Assembly: GCF_963506605.1 (NCBI RefSeq)
Contig: NC_083291.1
Location: forward strand, 22,010,001-22,074,000
Length of the DNA stretch: 64,000 nt
From: Zootoca vivipara
Taxonomy: Eukaryota
Reading direction: 5' to 3'
Position numbers and translations under genes: made by a program. Below are positions 63,797 through 64,000 of the stretch, piece by piece. A model generated the notes under the pieces. The model was not told where the DNA came from. It saw only the letters and a list, made by a program, of their open reading frames with translations, and did not search any database. The number at the start of each line of letters is the position of its first letter. The stretch's first letter is position 1.

Positions 63797-64000
63797 TGCT
63801 GTGGTCTAAACCACTGAGCCTCTTGGGCTTGCCGATCAGAAGGTCGGCAGTTCGAATCCCCGCGATGGGGTGAGCTCCCGTTGCTTGGTCCCAGCTCCTG
63901 CCAACCTAGCAGTTCAAAAGCATGCTAAAAAACTGCAAGTAGATAAATAGGTACCGCTCCGGCGGGAAGGTATACGCCGTTTCCGTGCGCTGCTCTGGTT
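63797..64000 (+). mobile_element. Sauria SINE (runs off the window end)
   Basis: gctgtggtctaaaccactgagcc ... ggttcgaatcccc-like head and conserved body. Confidence 0.9.

Overview
Vertebrate genomic DNA from a squamate reptile, probably a lacertid lizard, judged from Sauria/Squam1 SINEs, a Squam3-type SINE and BovB. Three protein-coding genes were reconstructed exon by exon from GT-AG sites and reading phase. (1) GTF2E2 (TFIIE beta) is complete on the minus strand: 7 coding exons at 7974-34126 giving 290 aa, with a non-coding exon 1 and a CpG-island promoter at about 36.0-36.7 kb. (2) SMIM18 (97 aa, 30375-30668, plus strand) is nested antisense in GTF2E2 intron 2. (3) The 3' half of WRN is on the minus strand: 16 coding exons from the RQC Zn/winged-helix through HRDC to the C-terminal Ku-binding motifs, 37971-63095. 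It ends under 1 kb upstream of the GTF2E2 promoter, an arrangement that differs from human. The introns carry many hAT and Tc1/mariner MITEs, SINEs, LINE fragments and a solo LTR. The most notable observations are: two extra in-frame WRN exons carrying an acidic EEEDLF/SQSQ motif; an isolated near-perfect 47-bp-arm palindrome next to them; MITEs of unrelated superfamilies carrying the same housekeeping-promoter motifs (NRF1, ETS, ZNF143, CCAAT) as the real promoter; and a solo LTR abutting an HRDC exon acceptor. I found no clearly new biological system. Comparisons with human proteins and repeat families come from memory, not from database searches.
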